Notes under the pieces: generated by a model | What the model was told of the DNA's origin: nothing | The model's database searches: none | The model's input: only the letters and a program-made list of their open reading frames with translations | Source of the DNA: Convolutriloba macropyga | Taxonomy: Eukaryota | DNA: 64,000 bases | Direction of reading: 5' to 3' | NCBI RefSeq assembly: GCF_964194025.1 | Contig: NC_134474.1 | Span: forward strand, 62,434,001 to 62,498,000 | Shown: positions 14,289-26,836 of the stretch, one piece after another | Numbering within the stretch: the stretch's first letter is position 1 | Layout of the letters: every line of letters begins with the position of its first letter | Program-made: the position numbers and the translations under genes

Positions 14289-15514
14289 CAGCAAAGGTAG
14301 ATTGTCAAGTGTAATTGTATCAACTCGGAGGTATATAGAATCGTACAAAGTTTTGGTTTTTGTAGTATTGAGCTTCTTTGGTTGTTATGCTTTTACTCAA
14401 GAAGTAAAATTTCCCCAGGTGGGTGCTGCTGAATCCAGGCTTTATGACTGCGTGCTAAAAATCCCGCCCGATAGACCATCTGGTAACTGGAACAAGTATT
14501 TTCGTTTGTGCTCCCCGAAATGCCGTCATGGTAAGACAAAATTTCACAGTCTGGGATTCGAACCCTAGCCTTGTGAGGGGAAGCAACAAACACTAACCGC
14601 TAGACTATCTGGGACCGCAAAGGTAGATTGTGAAGTTTAATTGTATCAACTCCGAGGAAGTTAATTGTACAAATTTCTAGATTTTGCGGTGTTAAACTTC
14701 TTGGGTTGTTATGCTTTTACTCATGAAGTAGTTTGTAATCCCCGAAATGACGTCATGGTAAAAAAATTTTCCCAGAACGGGATTCGAACCCTGGCATTGT
14801 GGGTGAAAGCTACAAATCCTAACCGCTAGACCATCTGGGACAGCAAAAGTAGATTGTCAAGTGTAAATTTCCGGACCAGGAATCGAATCCGGGCCTTGTG
14901 GGTGAAAACCACAAATCCTAAGCGCTATACCATCTGGCACAGCAAAGGTAGATTGTCAAGTGTAATTGTATCAACTTGGAGGGAAGTTGAATCGTACAAA
15001 TTTTAAGTTTTTGCAGTATTAAACTTCATTGGTTGTTGTTCTTTTACTCATGAAATAATTTTTTTCCAGGCAGGAGTTGAATCCGGGCCTTGTGAGTGCG
15101 TGCTAAACTTCCTGTCCTATAGACCATCTGGGAGCTGAAAGTTTTTTCGTTTGTGCGCCCCGAAATGCCGTTATAATAAGAAAATATTTCACAGACGGAG
15201 TCGAACCCGGGCCTCGTGGGTATAAGCCATAAATCCTAACCTCTAGACTATCTGGGACAGCAAAGGTAGATTGTCAAGTGTAATTGTATCAACTCGGAGG
15301 TATATAGAATCGTACAAAGTTCTAAGTTCTAGTTTTTGTAGTATTGAACTTCTTTGGTTGTTATGCTTTTACTCAAGAAGTAAAATTTCCCCAGGTGGGA
15401 GTTGAATCCAGGCTTTATGACTGCGTGCTAAAAATCCCGCCCGATAGACCATCTGGGAACTGGAACAAGTATTTTTGTTTGTGCTCACCGAAATGCCGTC
15501 ATGTAAGAAAAAAT

Positions 15515-15586
15515 TTCCCAGACCGGGATTCGAACCCGGTCCTCGTGGGTGAAAGCCACAAATCCTTACCGCTAGACCATCTGGGA
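15515..15586 (-). tRNA. tRNA-Glu(TTC), intact variant
   Basis: Reverse complement TCCCAGATGGTCTAGCGGTAAGGATTTGTGGCTTTCACCCACGAGGACCGGGTTCGAATCCCGGTCTGGGAA; stems pair and a T-run terminator follows. Confidence 0.75.
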
Positions 15587-16499
15587 CAGCAAATGTTGAT
15601 TGTCATTGATTAGCGATGTGGGAGCTGAATCAAGGCTTTATGACTGCGTGCTAAAAATCCCGCCCGACAGACCATCTGGGAACTGGAACAAGTATTTTTG
15701 TTTGTGCTCCCCGACATGCCGTCATGGTAAGAAAAAAATTCCCAGACCGAGAGTCGAACCCGGGACTTGTGAGTGAAAGCCACAAATCCTAACCGCTAGA
15801 CCATCTGAGACAGCAAAGGTAGATTGTCAGGTGTATTTGTATTAACACGGAGGGAAATTGAACCGTAAAAGTTTTTAGTTTTGCAGTATTAATCTTCTTT
15901 GGTTGTTATGCTTTTACTCATAAGTAAAATTTTCCCAGGTGGGAGTTGAATCCGGGCCTTGTGAGTGCGTGCTAAGATTCCTGTCTGATAGAACACCTGG
16001 GAGTTGAAATAAATATTTGCGTTTGTGATCCACGAAGCCTTGTGCGTGAAAGACGAAAAATCGTTACCGCTAGACCATATGGGATAGCCAAGTTAGGTTT
16101 CCAGGTGTAATTGAAAGAAATTACCGAAACCAGGACTCGAACCCAGGCTTTGTGGGTGAAAGCCACAAATCCTAACCTCGCGAACATCTGGGACAGCAAC
16201 TGTAGATTGTCAAGTGTAACTGTATCAAATCGGAGGGAAGTTGAAGCAAACAAATTTCTAGTTTTTGTAGTATTCAAAGTGGTAAGAAAACTTCCCAGAC
16301 CGGGAAATGATCCCGGGTCTGCTCGGTAAAACCCACAAATCCTAACCTCTCGACCATCTGGGACATTAACTGTAGATTTTCATGTGTAACTGTACGAACT
16401 CGGAGGTATGTTGAATCGTTCAAATTTCCAGTTCTTGCTGTATTAACCTTCTAAACTTCTTTGGTTGTTGTCCTTTTACTCATGAAGTAATGTTTTCCC

Positions 16500-19400
16500 A
16501 GGTGGGAGTTGAATCCGGGCCTTCACGAGTGAGTGCGTGCTAAATTTCCTGTCCAATAGACCATCTGGGAGCTGAAATAAGTTTTTTCGTTTGTGCTCCC
16601 CGAAAGGCCGTCATGGTAAGAAAAAACTTCCCGGACCGGGAGTTGATCCCGGGCCTTGTGGGTGAAAGCAAAAAATTCTTTCCTCTAGACCATCTGGGAC
16701 AGCAAATGCAGATTGTCAAGTGTAGTTGTTCTAAGTCGGAGGGAAGTTGAATCGTACAAATTGTTTGTTTTTGCAGTTTTAATCGTCTTTGGTTGTTATC
16801 CTTTTACTCGTGAAGTGTACTTTCCCAGGTAGGAGTTGAATCCGGGACTTGTGAGTGCGTGCTAACATTCCTGTCCAATAGACAACCTGGGAGTTTAAAT
16901 AAGTATTTCGTTTGTGATCCCCGACAGCTTGTGTGTGAAAGACACAAATCCTTGCCGCTAGACCGTCTGGGATAGCCAAGGTAGGTTGCCAGGTGTAATT
17001 GAAAAAAAAATTCCCAGACCAGGAGTCGAACACGGACCTTGTGGGTGAAAGCCTAAAATTTCAACCTCGCAAACATCTGCGACAGCAACTGCAGATTGTC
17101 AAGTGTAACTGTATCCACTCGGAGGGAAGTTGAATCGTACAATTTTCTAGTTTTTGCGTTGTTAAACTTCTTTGGTTGTTATGCTTTTGCTCGTGAAGTA
17201 AAATTTTCCCAGGTGGGAGCTGGATCCAGGATTTATGAGTGCTTGCTAAAAATCCCACCCGATAGACCATCTGGAAACTGGAATAAGTGTTCTTGTTTGT
17301 GCTCCCCGAAATGCCGTCATGGTAAGAACAAACTTCTCAGACCGGGAGTTGATTCCGGGTCTGCTGGGTAAAATCCACAAATCCTACCCTCTCGACCATC
17401 TGGGACATTAACTGTAGATTGTCAAGTGTAACTGTACGAACTCGGAGGTATGTTGAATCGTTCAAATTTCTAGTTTTTGCCGTATTAAACTTCTAAACTT
17501 CTTTGGTTGTTATCTTTTACTCATGAAGTAAAGTTTTCCCAGGTGGGAGCTGAATCCGATTCTTGTGAGTGCGTGCTACATTTGCTGTCCAATAGACCAT
17601 CTGGGAGCTGAAATAAGTTTTTTCGTTTGTGCTCCCCGAAAGGCCGTCATGGTAGGAAAAAACTTCCCGGACCGAAAGCAAAAAATTCTATCGGCTAGAC
17701 CATCTGGGAGAGCGAATGCAGATTGTCAAGTGTAATTGTATTAACTCGGAGCGAAGTTGAATCGTACAAATTTTTTGCTTTTGCAGTTTTAAAATTTTTG
17801 GTTGTTATCCTTTTACTCGTGAAGTGTACTTTCCCAGGTAGGAATTGAATCCGGGACTTGTGAGTGCGTGCTAACATTCCTGTCCAATAGACAACCTAGG
17901 CGTTTAAATAAGTATTTCGTTTGTGATCCCCGTAAACTTGGGCGTGAAAGACACAAATCCTTACCGCTAGACCGTCTGGGATAGCCAAGGTAGGTTGCCA
18001 GGTGTAATTGAAAGAAAATTCCCGGACCAGGAGTCGAACACGGACCCTGTGGTTGAAAGCTTAAAATCCTAACCTCGCGAACATCGACAGCAACTGTAGA
18101 TTGTCAAGTGTAACTGTATCCACTCGGAGGTAAGTTGAATCGTACAAATATCTAGTTTTTGCATTGTTAAACTTCTTTGTTGTTATGCTTTTGGTCATGA
18201 AGTAAAATTTTCCCAGGTGGGAGCTGAATCCAGGATTTGTGAGTACTTGCTAAAAATCCCACCTGATAGACCATCTGGGAACTGGAATAAGTATTCTTGT
18301 TTGTGCTCCCCGAAATGCCGTCATGGTAAGAAAAAACTTCCCAGAACGGGCGTTGTTCCCGGTTCTGCTGGGTAAAATCCACAAACCCTATCCTCTCGAC
18401 CATCTGGGACATTAACTGTAGACTGTCACGTGTAACTTTACGAACTCGCAGGTATGTTGAATCGTTCAAATTTCTAGTTTTTGCCGTATTAAAATTCTAA
18501 ACTTCTTTGGTTGTTATCCTTTTACTCATGAAATAGAGTTTTCCCAGGTGGGAGTTGAATCCGCGCCTTGTGAGTGCGTGCTAAATTTCCTGTCCAATAG
18601 ACAACCTGGGAGTTTAAATAAGTATTTCGTTTGTGATCCCCGACAACTTGTGCGTGAAAGACACAAATCTTTGCCGCTAGACCGTCTGGGATAGCCAAGG
18701 TAGGTTGCCAGGTGTAATTGAAAAAAAAATTCCCAGACCAGGAGTCGAACAAGGACCTTGTGGGTTAAAGCCTAAAATCCTAACCTCGCAAACATCTGCG
18801 ACAGCAACTGCAGATTGTCAAGTGTAACTGTATCCACTCGGAGGGAAGTTGAATCGTACAAATTTCTAGTTTTGCATTGTTAAACTTCTTTGGTTGTTAT
18901 GCTTTTGCTCGTGAAGTAAAATTTTCCCAGGTGGGAGCTGGATCCAGGATTTGTGAGTGCTTGCTAAAAATCCCACCCGATAGACCATCTGGGAACTGGA
19001 ATAAGTGTTCTTGTTTGTGCTCCCCGAAATGCCGTCATGGTAAGAACAAACTTCTCAGACCGGGAGTTGATCCCGGGTCTGCTGGGTAAAATCCACTAAT
19101 CCTACCCTCTCGACCATCTGGGACATTAACTGTAGATTGTCAAGTGTAACTGTACGAACTCGGAGGTATGTTGAATCGTTCAAATTTCTAGTTTTTGCCG
19201 TATTAAACTTCTAAACTTCTTTGGTTGTTATCCTTTTACTCATGAAGTAAAGTTTTCCCAGGTGGGAGTTGAATCCGAGCCTTGTGAGTGCGTGCTAAAT
19301 TTCCTGTCCAATAGACCATCTGGGAGCTGAAATAAGTTTTTTCGTTTGTGCTCCCCGAAAGGCCGTCATGGTAGGAAAAAACTTCCCGGACCGGGAGTTG

Positions 19401-22400
19401 ATCCCGGGCATTGTGGGTGAAAGCAAAAAATTCTATCGGCTAGACCATCTGGGAGAGCGAATGCAGATTGTCAAATGTAATTGTATTAACTCGGAGCAAA
19501 GTTGAATCGTGCAAATTTTTTGCTTTTGCAGTTTTAAAATTTTTTGGTTGTTATCCTTTTACTCGTGAAGTGTACTTTCCCAGGTAGGAATTGAATCCGG
19601 GACTTGTGAGTGCGTGCTAACATTCCTGTCCAATAGACAACCTAGGCGTTTAAATAAGTATTTCGTTTGTGATCCCCGTAAACTTGGGCGTGAAAGACAC
19701 AAATCCTTACCGCTAGACCGTCTGGGATAGCCAAGGTAGGTTGCCAGGTGTAATTGAAAAAAAAATTCCCAGACCAGGAGTCGAACACGGACCTTGTGGG
19801 TGAAAGCCTAAAATCCTAACCTCGCAAACATCTGCGACAGCAACTGCAGATTGTCAAGTGTAACTGTATCCACTCGGAGGGAAGTTGAATCGTACAAATT
19901 TCTATTTTTGCATTGTTAAACTTCTTTGGTTGTTATGCTTTTGCTCGTGTAGTAAAATTTTCCCAGGTGGGGGCTGGATCCAGGATTTGTGAGTGCTTGC
20001 TAAAAATCCCACCCGATAGACCATCTGGGAACTGGAATAAGTGTTCTTGTTTGTGCTCCCCGAAATGCCGTCATGGTAAGAACAAACTTCTCAGACCGGG
20101 AGTTGATCCCGGGTCTGCTGGGTAAAATCCAAAAATCCTGCCCTCTCGACCATCTGGGGCATTAACTGTAGATTGTCAAGTGTAACTGTACGAACTCGGA
20201 GGTATGTTGAATCGTTCAAATTTCTAGTTTTTGCCGTATTAAACTTCTAATCTTCTTTGGTTGTTATCTTTTACTCATGAAGTAAAGTTTTCCCATGTGG
20301 GAGTTGAATCCGAGCCTTGTGAGTGCGTGCTAAATTTCCTGTCCAATAGACCATCTGGGAGCTGAAATAAGTTTTTTCGTTTGTGCTCCCCGAAAGGCCG
20401 CCATGGTAGGAAAAACTTCCCGGACCGGGAGTTGATCCCGGGCATTGTGGGTGAAAGCAAAAAATTCTATCGGCTAGACCATCTGGGAGAGCGAATGCAG
20501 ATTGTCAAGTGTAATTGTATTAACTCGGAGCGAAGTTGAATCGCTCAAATTTTTTGCTTTTGCAGTTTTAAAATTCTTTGGTTGTTATTCTTTTACTCGT
20601 GAAGTGTACTTTGCCAGGTAGGAATTGAATCCGGGACTTGTGAGTGCGTGCTAACATTCCTGGCCAATAGACAACCTCGGCGTTTAAATAAGTATTTCGT
20701 TTGTGATCCCCGAAAACTTGGGCGTGAAAGACACAAATCCTTGCCGCTAGACCGTCTGGGATAGCCAAGGTAGGTTGCCAGGTGTAATTGAAAGAAAATT
20801 TCCGGACCAGGAGTCGAACACGGACCTTGTGGTTGAAAGCTTAAAATCCTAACCTCGCGAACATCGACAGCAACTGTAGATTGTCAATTGTAACTGTATC
20901 CACTCGGAGGGAAGTTGAATCGTGCAAATTTCTAGTTTTGCATTGTTAAACTTCTTTGGTTGTTATGCTTTTGCTCGTGAAGTAAAATTTTCCCAGGTGG
21001 GAGCTGAATCCAGGATTTGTGAGTACTTGCTAAAAATCCCACCTGATAGACCATCTGGGAACTGGAATAAGTATTCTTGTTTGTGCTCCCCGAAATGCCG
21101 TCATGGTAAGAAAAAACTTCCCAGAACGGGCGTTGTTCCCGGTTCTGCTGGGTAAAATCCACAAACCCTATCCTCTCGACCATCTGGGACATTAACTGTA
21201 GACTGTCACGTGTAACTTTACGAACTCGCAGGTATGTTGAATCGTTCAAATTTCTAGTTTTTGCCGTATTAAAATTCTAAACTTCTTTGGTTGTTATCCT
21301 TTTACTCATGAAATAAAGTTTTCCCAGGTGGGAGTTGAATCCGAGCCTTGTGAGTGCGTGCTAAATTTCCTGTCCAATAGACCATCTGGGAGCTGAAATA
21401 AGTTTTTTCGTTTGTGCTCCCCGAAAGGCCGTCATGGTAGGAAAAAACTTCCCGGACCGGGAGTTGATCCCGGGCATTGTGGGTGAAAGCAAAAAATTCT
21501 ATCGGCTAGACCATCTGGGAGAGCGAATGCAGATTGTCAAATGTAATTGTATTAACTCGGAGCAAAGTTGAATCGTACAAATTTTTTGCTTTTGCAGTTT
21601 TAAAATTTTTTGGTTGTTATCCTTTTACTCGTGAAGTGTACTTTCCCAGGTAGGAATTGAATCCGGGACTTGTGAGTGCGTGCTAACATTCCTGTCCAAT
21701 AGACAACCTAGGCGTTTAAATAAGTATTTCGTTTGTGATCCCCGTAAACTTGGGCGTGAAAGACACAAATCCTTACCGCTAGACCGTCTGGGATAGCCAA
21801 GGTAGGTTGCCAGGTGTAATTGAAAGAAAATTCCCGGACCAGGAGTCGAACACGGACCTTGTGGTTGAAAGCTTAAAATCCTAACCTCGCGAACATCGAC
21901 AGCAACTGTAGATTGTCAAGTGTAACTGTAACCACTCGGAGGTAAGTTGAATCGTACAAATATCTAGTTTTTGCAGTGTTAAACTTCTTTTGTTGTTATG
22001 CTTTTGGTCATGAAGTAAAATTTTCCCAGGTGGGAGCTGAATCCAGGATTTGTGAGTACTTGCTAAAAATCCCACCTGATAGACCATCTGGGAACTGGAA
22101 TAAGTATTCTTGTTTGTGCTCCCCGAAATGCCGTCATGGTAAGAAAAAACTTCCCAGAACGGACGTTGTTCCCGGGTCTGCTGGGTCAAATCCACAAACC
22201 CTATCCTCTCGACCCTCTGGGACATTAACTGTAGACTGTCACGTGTAACTGTACGAACTCGCAGGTATGTTGAATCGTTCAAATTTCTAGTTTTTGCCGT
22301 ATTAAACTACTAAACTTCTTTGGTTGTTATCCTTTTACTCATGAAGTAAAGTTTTCCCAGGTGGGAGTTGAATCCGAGCCTTGTGAGTGCGTGCTAAATT

Positions 22401-22560
22401 TCCTGTCCAGTAGACCATCTGGGAGCTGAAATAAGTTTTTTCTTTTGTGCTCCCCGAAAGGCCGTCATGGTAGGAAAAAACTTCCCGGACCGGGAGTTGA
22501 TCCCGGGCCTTGTGGGTGAAAGCAAAAAACTCTATCCGCTAGATCATCTGGGACAGCAAA
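16500..22560. repeat. Higher-order repeat of ~1,030-1,036 bp (six full tRNA-like copies plus one 5'-half copy), about 6 copies, one with a ~320-bp unit deletion
   Basis: The marker gacagcaactg(c/t)agattg recurs at ~17082, 18086, 18802, 19838, 20866 and 21899. ORFs 18877 and 19913 are nearly identical at +1036. Confidence 0.85.
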
Positions 22561-23847
22561 TGCAGATTGTCAAGTGTAATTTTTTTAACTCGGAGTGAAG
22601 TGTAATTGTATGAACTCGGAAGGAAGTTGAATCGTACAAAATTATTAAATTTTTTGGTTGTTGGGCTTTTACTCATGAACTAGAATTTCAATATGCGGGA
22701 GTTGAATACTGGCCTTGAGAGTGCTTGCTAAGAATCCAGCTTAATAGACCATCTGGGTGCAGGAATAAGTTTTTTTCGTTGGTGATCCCCGAAATTTTTT
22801 TTATGTTAAGAAAAACTTCCCTGAACGGGAGTCGAAACGGAGCCCTGTGGGTGAAAACCACAAATGCTTACCGCTACTCCTTCTGAGACAGCAAAGGTAA
22901 TTTGTCAAGTTTATTTCTATCAACTCAGAGGGAGGTTGATTGGTACAAATTTCTAGTTTTTGCAGTATTAAATATGTTTGACTGCGTTATGTTTTTACTC
23001 GTGAAGTGAAATTTCCCCGAGCGGTAGTTAAATCTAGTGTTTGTTGGTGCGAGCTAGAACTCCTGCCCGACAGAGCAACTGGGAGCTGACAGAGTCATTT
23101 TTTCTGGTACGCAGCATTGCATTTCAATATGCATATCCTTGTAGGAAAAAAATCCCAGAATTAGATTAGAACCCAGGCCATGTGGGTAGAAGACACAAAT
23201 CCTAACGGCTAGACTATCTGGGACAGCAAAGGTAGATTGTCAAGTGTAATTGCATCAACTCGGAAGGAAGTTGAATCGTACAACTTTCTAGTTTTTGTAG
23301 TATTAAAATTTATTGTTTGTTATGCTTTTACTCATGAAGTAGAATTTCACCAGGTGGCAGTCGAATCCGGGCCCTGTGGATGCGAGCCAAAAATACTGTT
23401 CGATAGATCATCTGGGAAATGAAATAACTATTTTCGTTTGTGATCCCCGAAATGTTTTCATGGTAAAAAATCTTCCCATACCAAGAGTCTATCTAGGGCT
23501 TTCTTGACAAGAGCCACAAATCCTGTTCGCTAGACCATCTGGGAGCTCGAAGAATGGTTTTCTTTTGAGATACCTTGAGCCCATAGAATGGTTCAGAGCT
23601 TCAAATTAAAGTTCTATTTCCTTCTTCTGGTTTGCAGCCTTGCATTCCGACTGAGTATGCGATCGTTATTGTAAGAAAGAATGTTCCTAGAACGGGAGTC
23701 GAATCTGGCTCTTGTGAGCGAAAGCCACAAATCCTAACTACTGGACCATCTTGTAAAGCAAAGCTAGATTTCCACGTGTAATTGAATTAACTCAGAGGGA
23801 AGTTTTGTCGGAGGGAAGTTTACAAATCTCTAGTCTTTGTATTATTA

Positions 23848-24370
23848 ATAGCCGCCTTCATCTTCTCAGCCGGCTATTATAGCGCTCCTATTTTTTTTTA
23901 CTTCGTCTAACTTTTTTTTCGCCTTACCCATTTTGCCGCTTTTTTGATATTTTGCGTGAAATCTTTTTGACTTCTCTAGGCTAGTTAAACTGTCATTCTG
24001 ATCAAAGTCCTTTTAAACAGCAGCTGCTCTGCAAAGCAATTCAAAATGAAGAGAGTCAGTATAACAAAAATTAAAGTCAGAAATAGAAACGGGATAAACA
24101 CATAAAGCCCATTTTTAGATGCCCGGTACTTGAACTTTGTTCTAATAAGTTTTAGTTACTATCTATTTTGCTTATTGGTATTGATACTGGATCCTGTAGA
24201 CTCTCACTGAGAGACAGGAGTATGTTCAATTACGAAATGACATAAAAATAAATCGCACTTAAAAAGGTTTTTGTTCAAAAATCAATTTTTGATGATATTT
24301 TCTTTTCTATCAATCCCGATAGAGTTATGGGAATCAACGGTGGCTATTTTCTGGCAATCTGCCGGGTATC
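23848..24370 (+). mobile_element. Helentron/DINE-1-like non-autonomous element (family A) inserted in the array
   Basis: 5' subTIR ATAGCCGCC with adjacent partial inverted repeat CGGCTAT. 3' subTIR GGTGGCTAT (24339-24347) is followed by hairpin CTGGCA-ATC-TGCCGG. The array spacer resumes on both sides. Homologous to 39491-39541 plus 41709-42012. Confidence 0.75.
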
Positions 24371-24732
24371 TTATTTTGGTGTGTTGTGTTTTTATTCATA
24401 ATGTAAAATTTTTCCATACCGGGTTTTGATCCCGAGCCTTGTGGGTGAAAGCCACAAATGCCAATTTTTGAACTATTCTTTGTATCAAAGATGGATTTTC
24501 AAGAGTAATTGAATCAACTCAGGGAGAATTTTAGTCGTACCAATCTCTAGTCTTTGTGTTTTTTAACTCTTATTTTGTTGTGTTGTGTTTTTTGATCATG
24601 ATGTAAAATTTTCTCAGACTGAAATTAGAACCCGGTCTTTGCGTTTGAAAGCCACACATCGTACTCTGCTAGACCATCTGGGAGTTAGAATTTTTGTTTT
24701 TAGTTTGTGATACCATGATCCCAGAGAATTGT

Positions 24733-24914
24733 TCAGAGCTGGAGACTGGAAATCAATTTTTATTTTTATTCTTGTATGCAGCCTCGCATTTTGATTAAAA
24801 ATGCATATCGTTATGTTAGGATCCTTTCTAACATAACGATATGCATTTTTAATTGAAATGCGAAGCTGCATACAAGAATAAAAATAAAAATTGAACTCCA
24901 GTCTCCAGCTCTGA
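24733..24914. repeat. Long fold-back palindrome (~87-bp arms, 8-nt loop) of array spacer sequence
   Basis: tcagagctggagactgga...catatcgttatgttag-gatccttt-ctaacataacgatatg...tccagtctccagctctga. Confidence 0.9.
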
Positions 24915-26836
24915 TATGCTTTTGTCATAAAGAAAAATTTTCAGACCGCTGTGATATGCTTTTGTCATGAAGAAAAATTTTCGCTGAACAGGGGATGAAA
25001 AAATTTAAGTTATGCGGCTGTACATTTTGATTGAATATGCACATCGTCCTTGTAAAAAAAAATCCCAGAACGAGTCGAAACACGTCCCTATGGGTGATAT
25101 CCACAATTGCTAACTAATAGACGATCTTGGATAGCTCAGGTAAATTGTCAATTGTAATTGAGTCAAGTTTGAGGTCAAGTTTGAGTTTAGTCGTACAGAT
25201 CCCCTGTTTTTTAGTATTTAACTCTTATTTTGGTGTTTTTTTTAGTCATGAAGTAAAGTTTTCCCGGACCAGAAGTTGAACCCGGAGCTCGTGGGTGAAA
25301 GACAAAACTCCTGACCGGCCGACGATCTGGGAGCGGGAAGAATTTATTTCTTTGTAATCCCAAGAGCTCAGAGAATTAAATGGGAGTTTAAATTTTTATT
25401 TTTGTGGTATGCAGCCATGTGTATTGACTGATTGATTATGAAAATCGTCATTGTAAGAAAAAGTTCCAGAGCGGGAGTCGAAACCGAGCCTTGTGGGTGA
25501 AAGCAACAAATCCCAACTACTAGACTAAGATTGTCAAGTGTAATTGATTCTTCTCGGAGGGAAGTTTTCGTTTGTGTTCCCATGAGCCCACAGAAGGGTT
25601 CAGAGATGGAAATTGGAACTCGCAAGTTTCATTTTTGTGTTTTATGCAGCCTTGCGTTTCGATTGAATATGCATGTCGTCATTGTAAGAAAAGTTCCTGG
25701 ATCAGGTGTCGGACCCGGGACTAGTGGGTAAAATACTAAAGGTAGATGGTCAAGTGCAATTGTATTAACTAGAGGGGAATTTGAATCGTAAAAGTTTTGT
25801 AGTTATCGTAATATTAATATTTTCTGCTGTGTTGCTTTTATTCGTGAAATAAATTTTCCCAATTCGGAAGTTGAAACCGGGCCTTCTGGGTTTGAGCCAA
25901 AAATGCTGCCCTCTAGACCATCTGGGAGCTGAGGAAATTTTTCGTTTCTGATCCCATGAGCTCAAAAAATGATGCACAATTTTTAGTAGTTTGTGTTTTC
26001 ATTTTTTTGAGGCAGCTTTGGATTGCAATTGAATATGCATATTGTCATGGTGAGAAAAATGTTTTCAAACAGAAATTCGAACCTGGTATTGTGAGTGAAA
26101 GCCTCAAATCCTAACCTGTAGACCATCTGGCTAGGAAAGTCTAATCTTTGAATTGTAATTGTATCGGAGTCGTTCAATTTTTCAATATAAAACTAATATC
26201 AATTTTGGTTTGTTGTGCTTTTAATCATAAAGACAAGTTTTCCCAGACCTGGAGTTGAACCCGTGCCTTGTGGCTGAGGGCCACAAGAAATCACCGCTCG
26301 AAAATATAGGAGCCGGAAAAATTAATTTCGTTTGTGATCCCATGAGCTCAGAGAGTTGTTCAGAGCGTGAAATGGGAGAATGACTTTCCTTTTTGTGCTA
26401 CGCAGCTTTGGATTTTGATTGCATACGCATATAATGGGCCTACGAACATAGACCTTAAAAATCCTAACTAATAGACTATCTTGAATAGCAAGAGGTAGAT
26501 GGTCAAGAGTAATTGAAACAACTTGGAGAGAAATCAAGTCTTACAAGTCTCTTGTTTTTTAGTATTAAACTCTTATTTTGGTGTGTTGTATTTTTAGTCA
26601 AGAAGTATAGTTTTCCCAGACCTAAAGTTGAACCCGGGCCTTGTACGTGAAAAACAAATGTCCTGACTACTAGACTATCTTGGATAGCAAAAGCAGATTG
26701 TCGGGTGTAGTTGAATGAACTCGGAGGGAAGTTGAGTTGTACAATTTTCTAGTTTATGTAGTATTAAACTCTTCTCGTGGTGTATTGTGATTGTAGTCAT
26801 GAAGTAAAGTTTCCCCAGACTAGAAGTTTAACCCGG

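Larger units (their letters stand above)
10660..15000. repeat. Recent block duplications within the array (640-bp tandem; 2,312-bp offset)
   Basis: Near-identical ORF pairs at 11042/11682 and 11525/12165 (+640), and at 10661/12973, 10752/13064 and 11042/13354 (+2312). Confidence 0.85.

Noticed and set aside
18730-18802. Ochre-suppressor tRNA (TTA anticodon)
   Set aside because: The anticodon stem (TTAGG/CCACA), D arm, T stem and acceptor stem are all disrupted.
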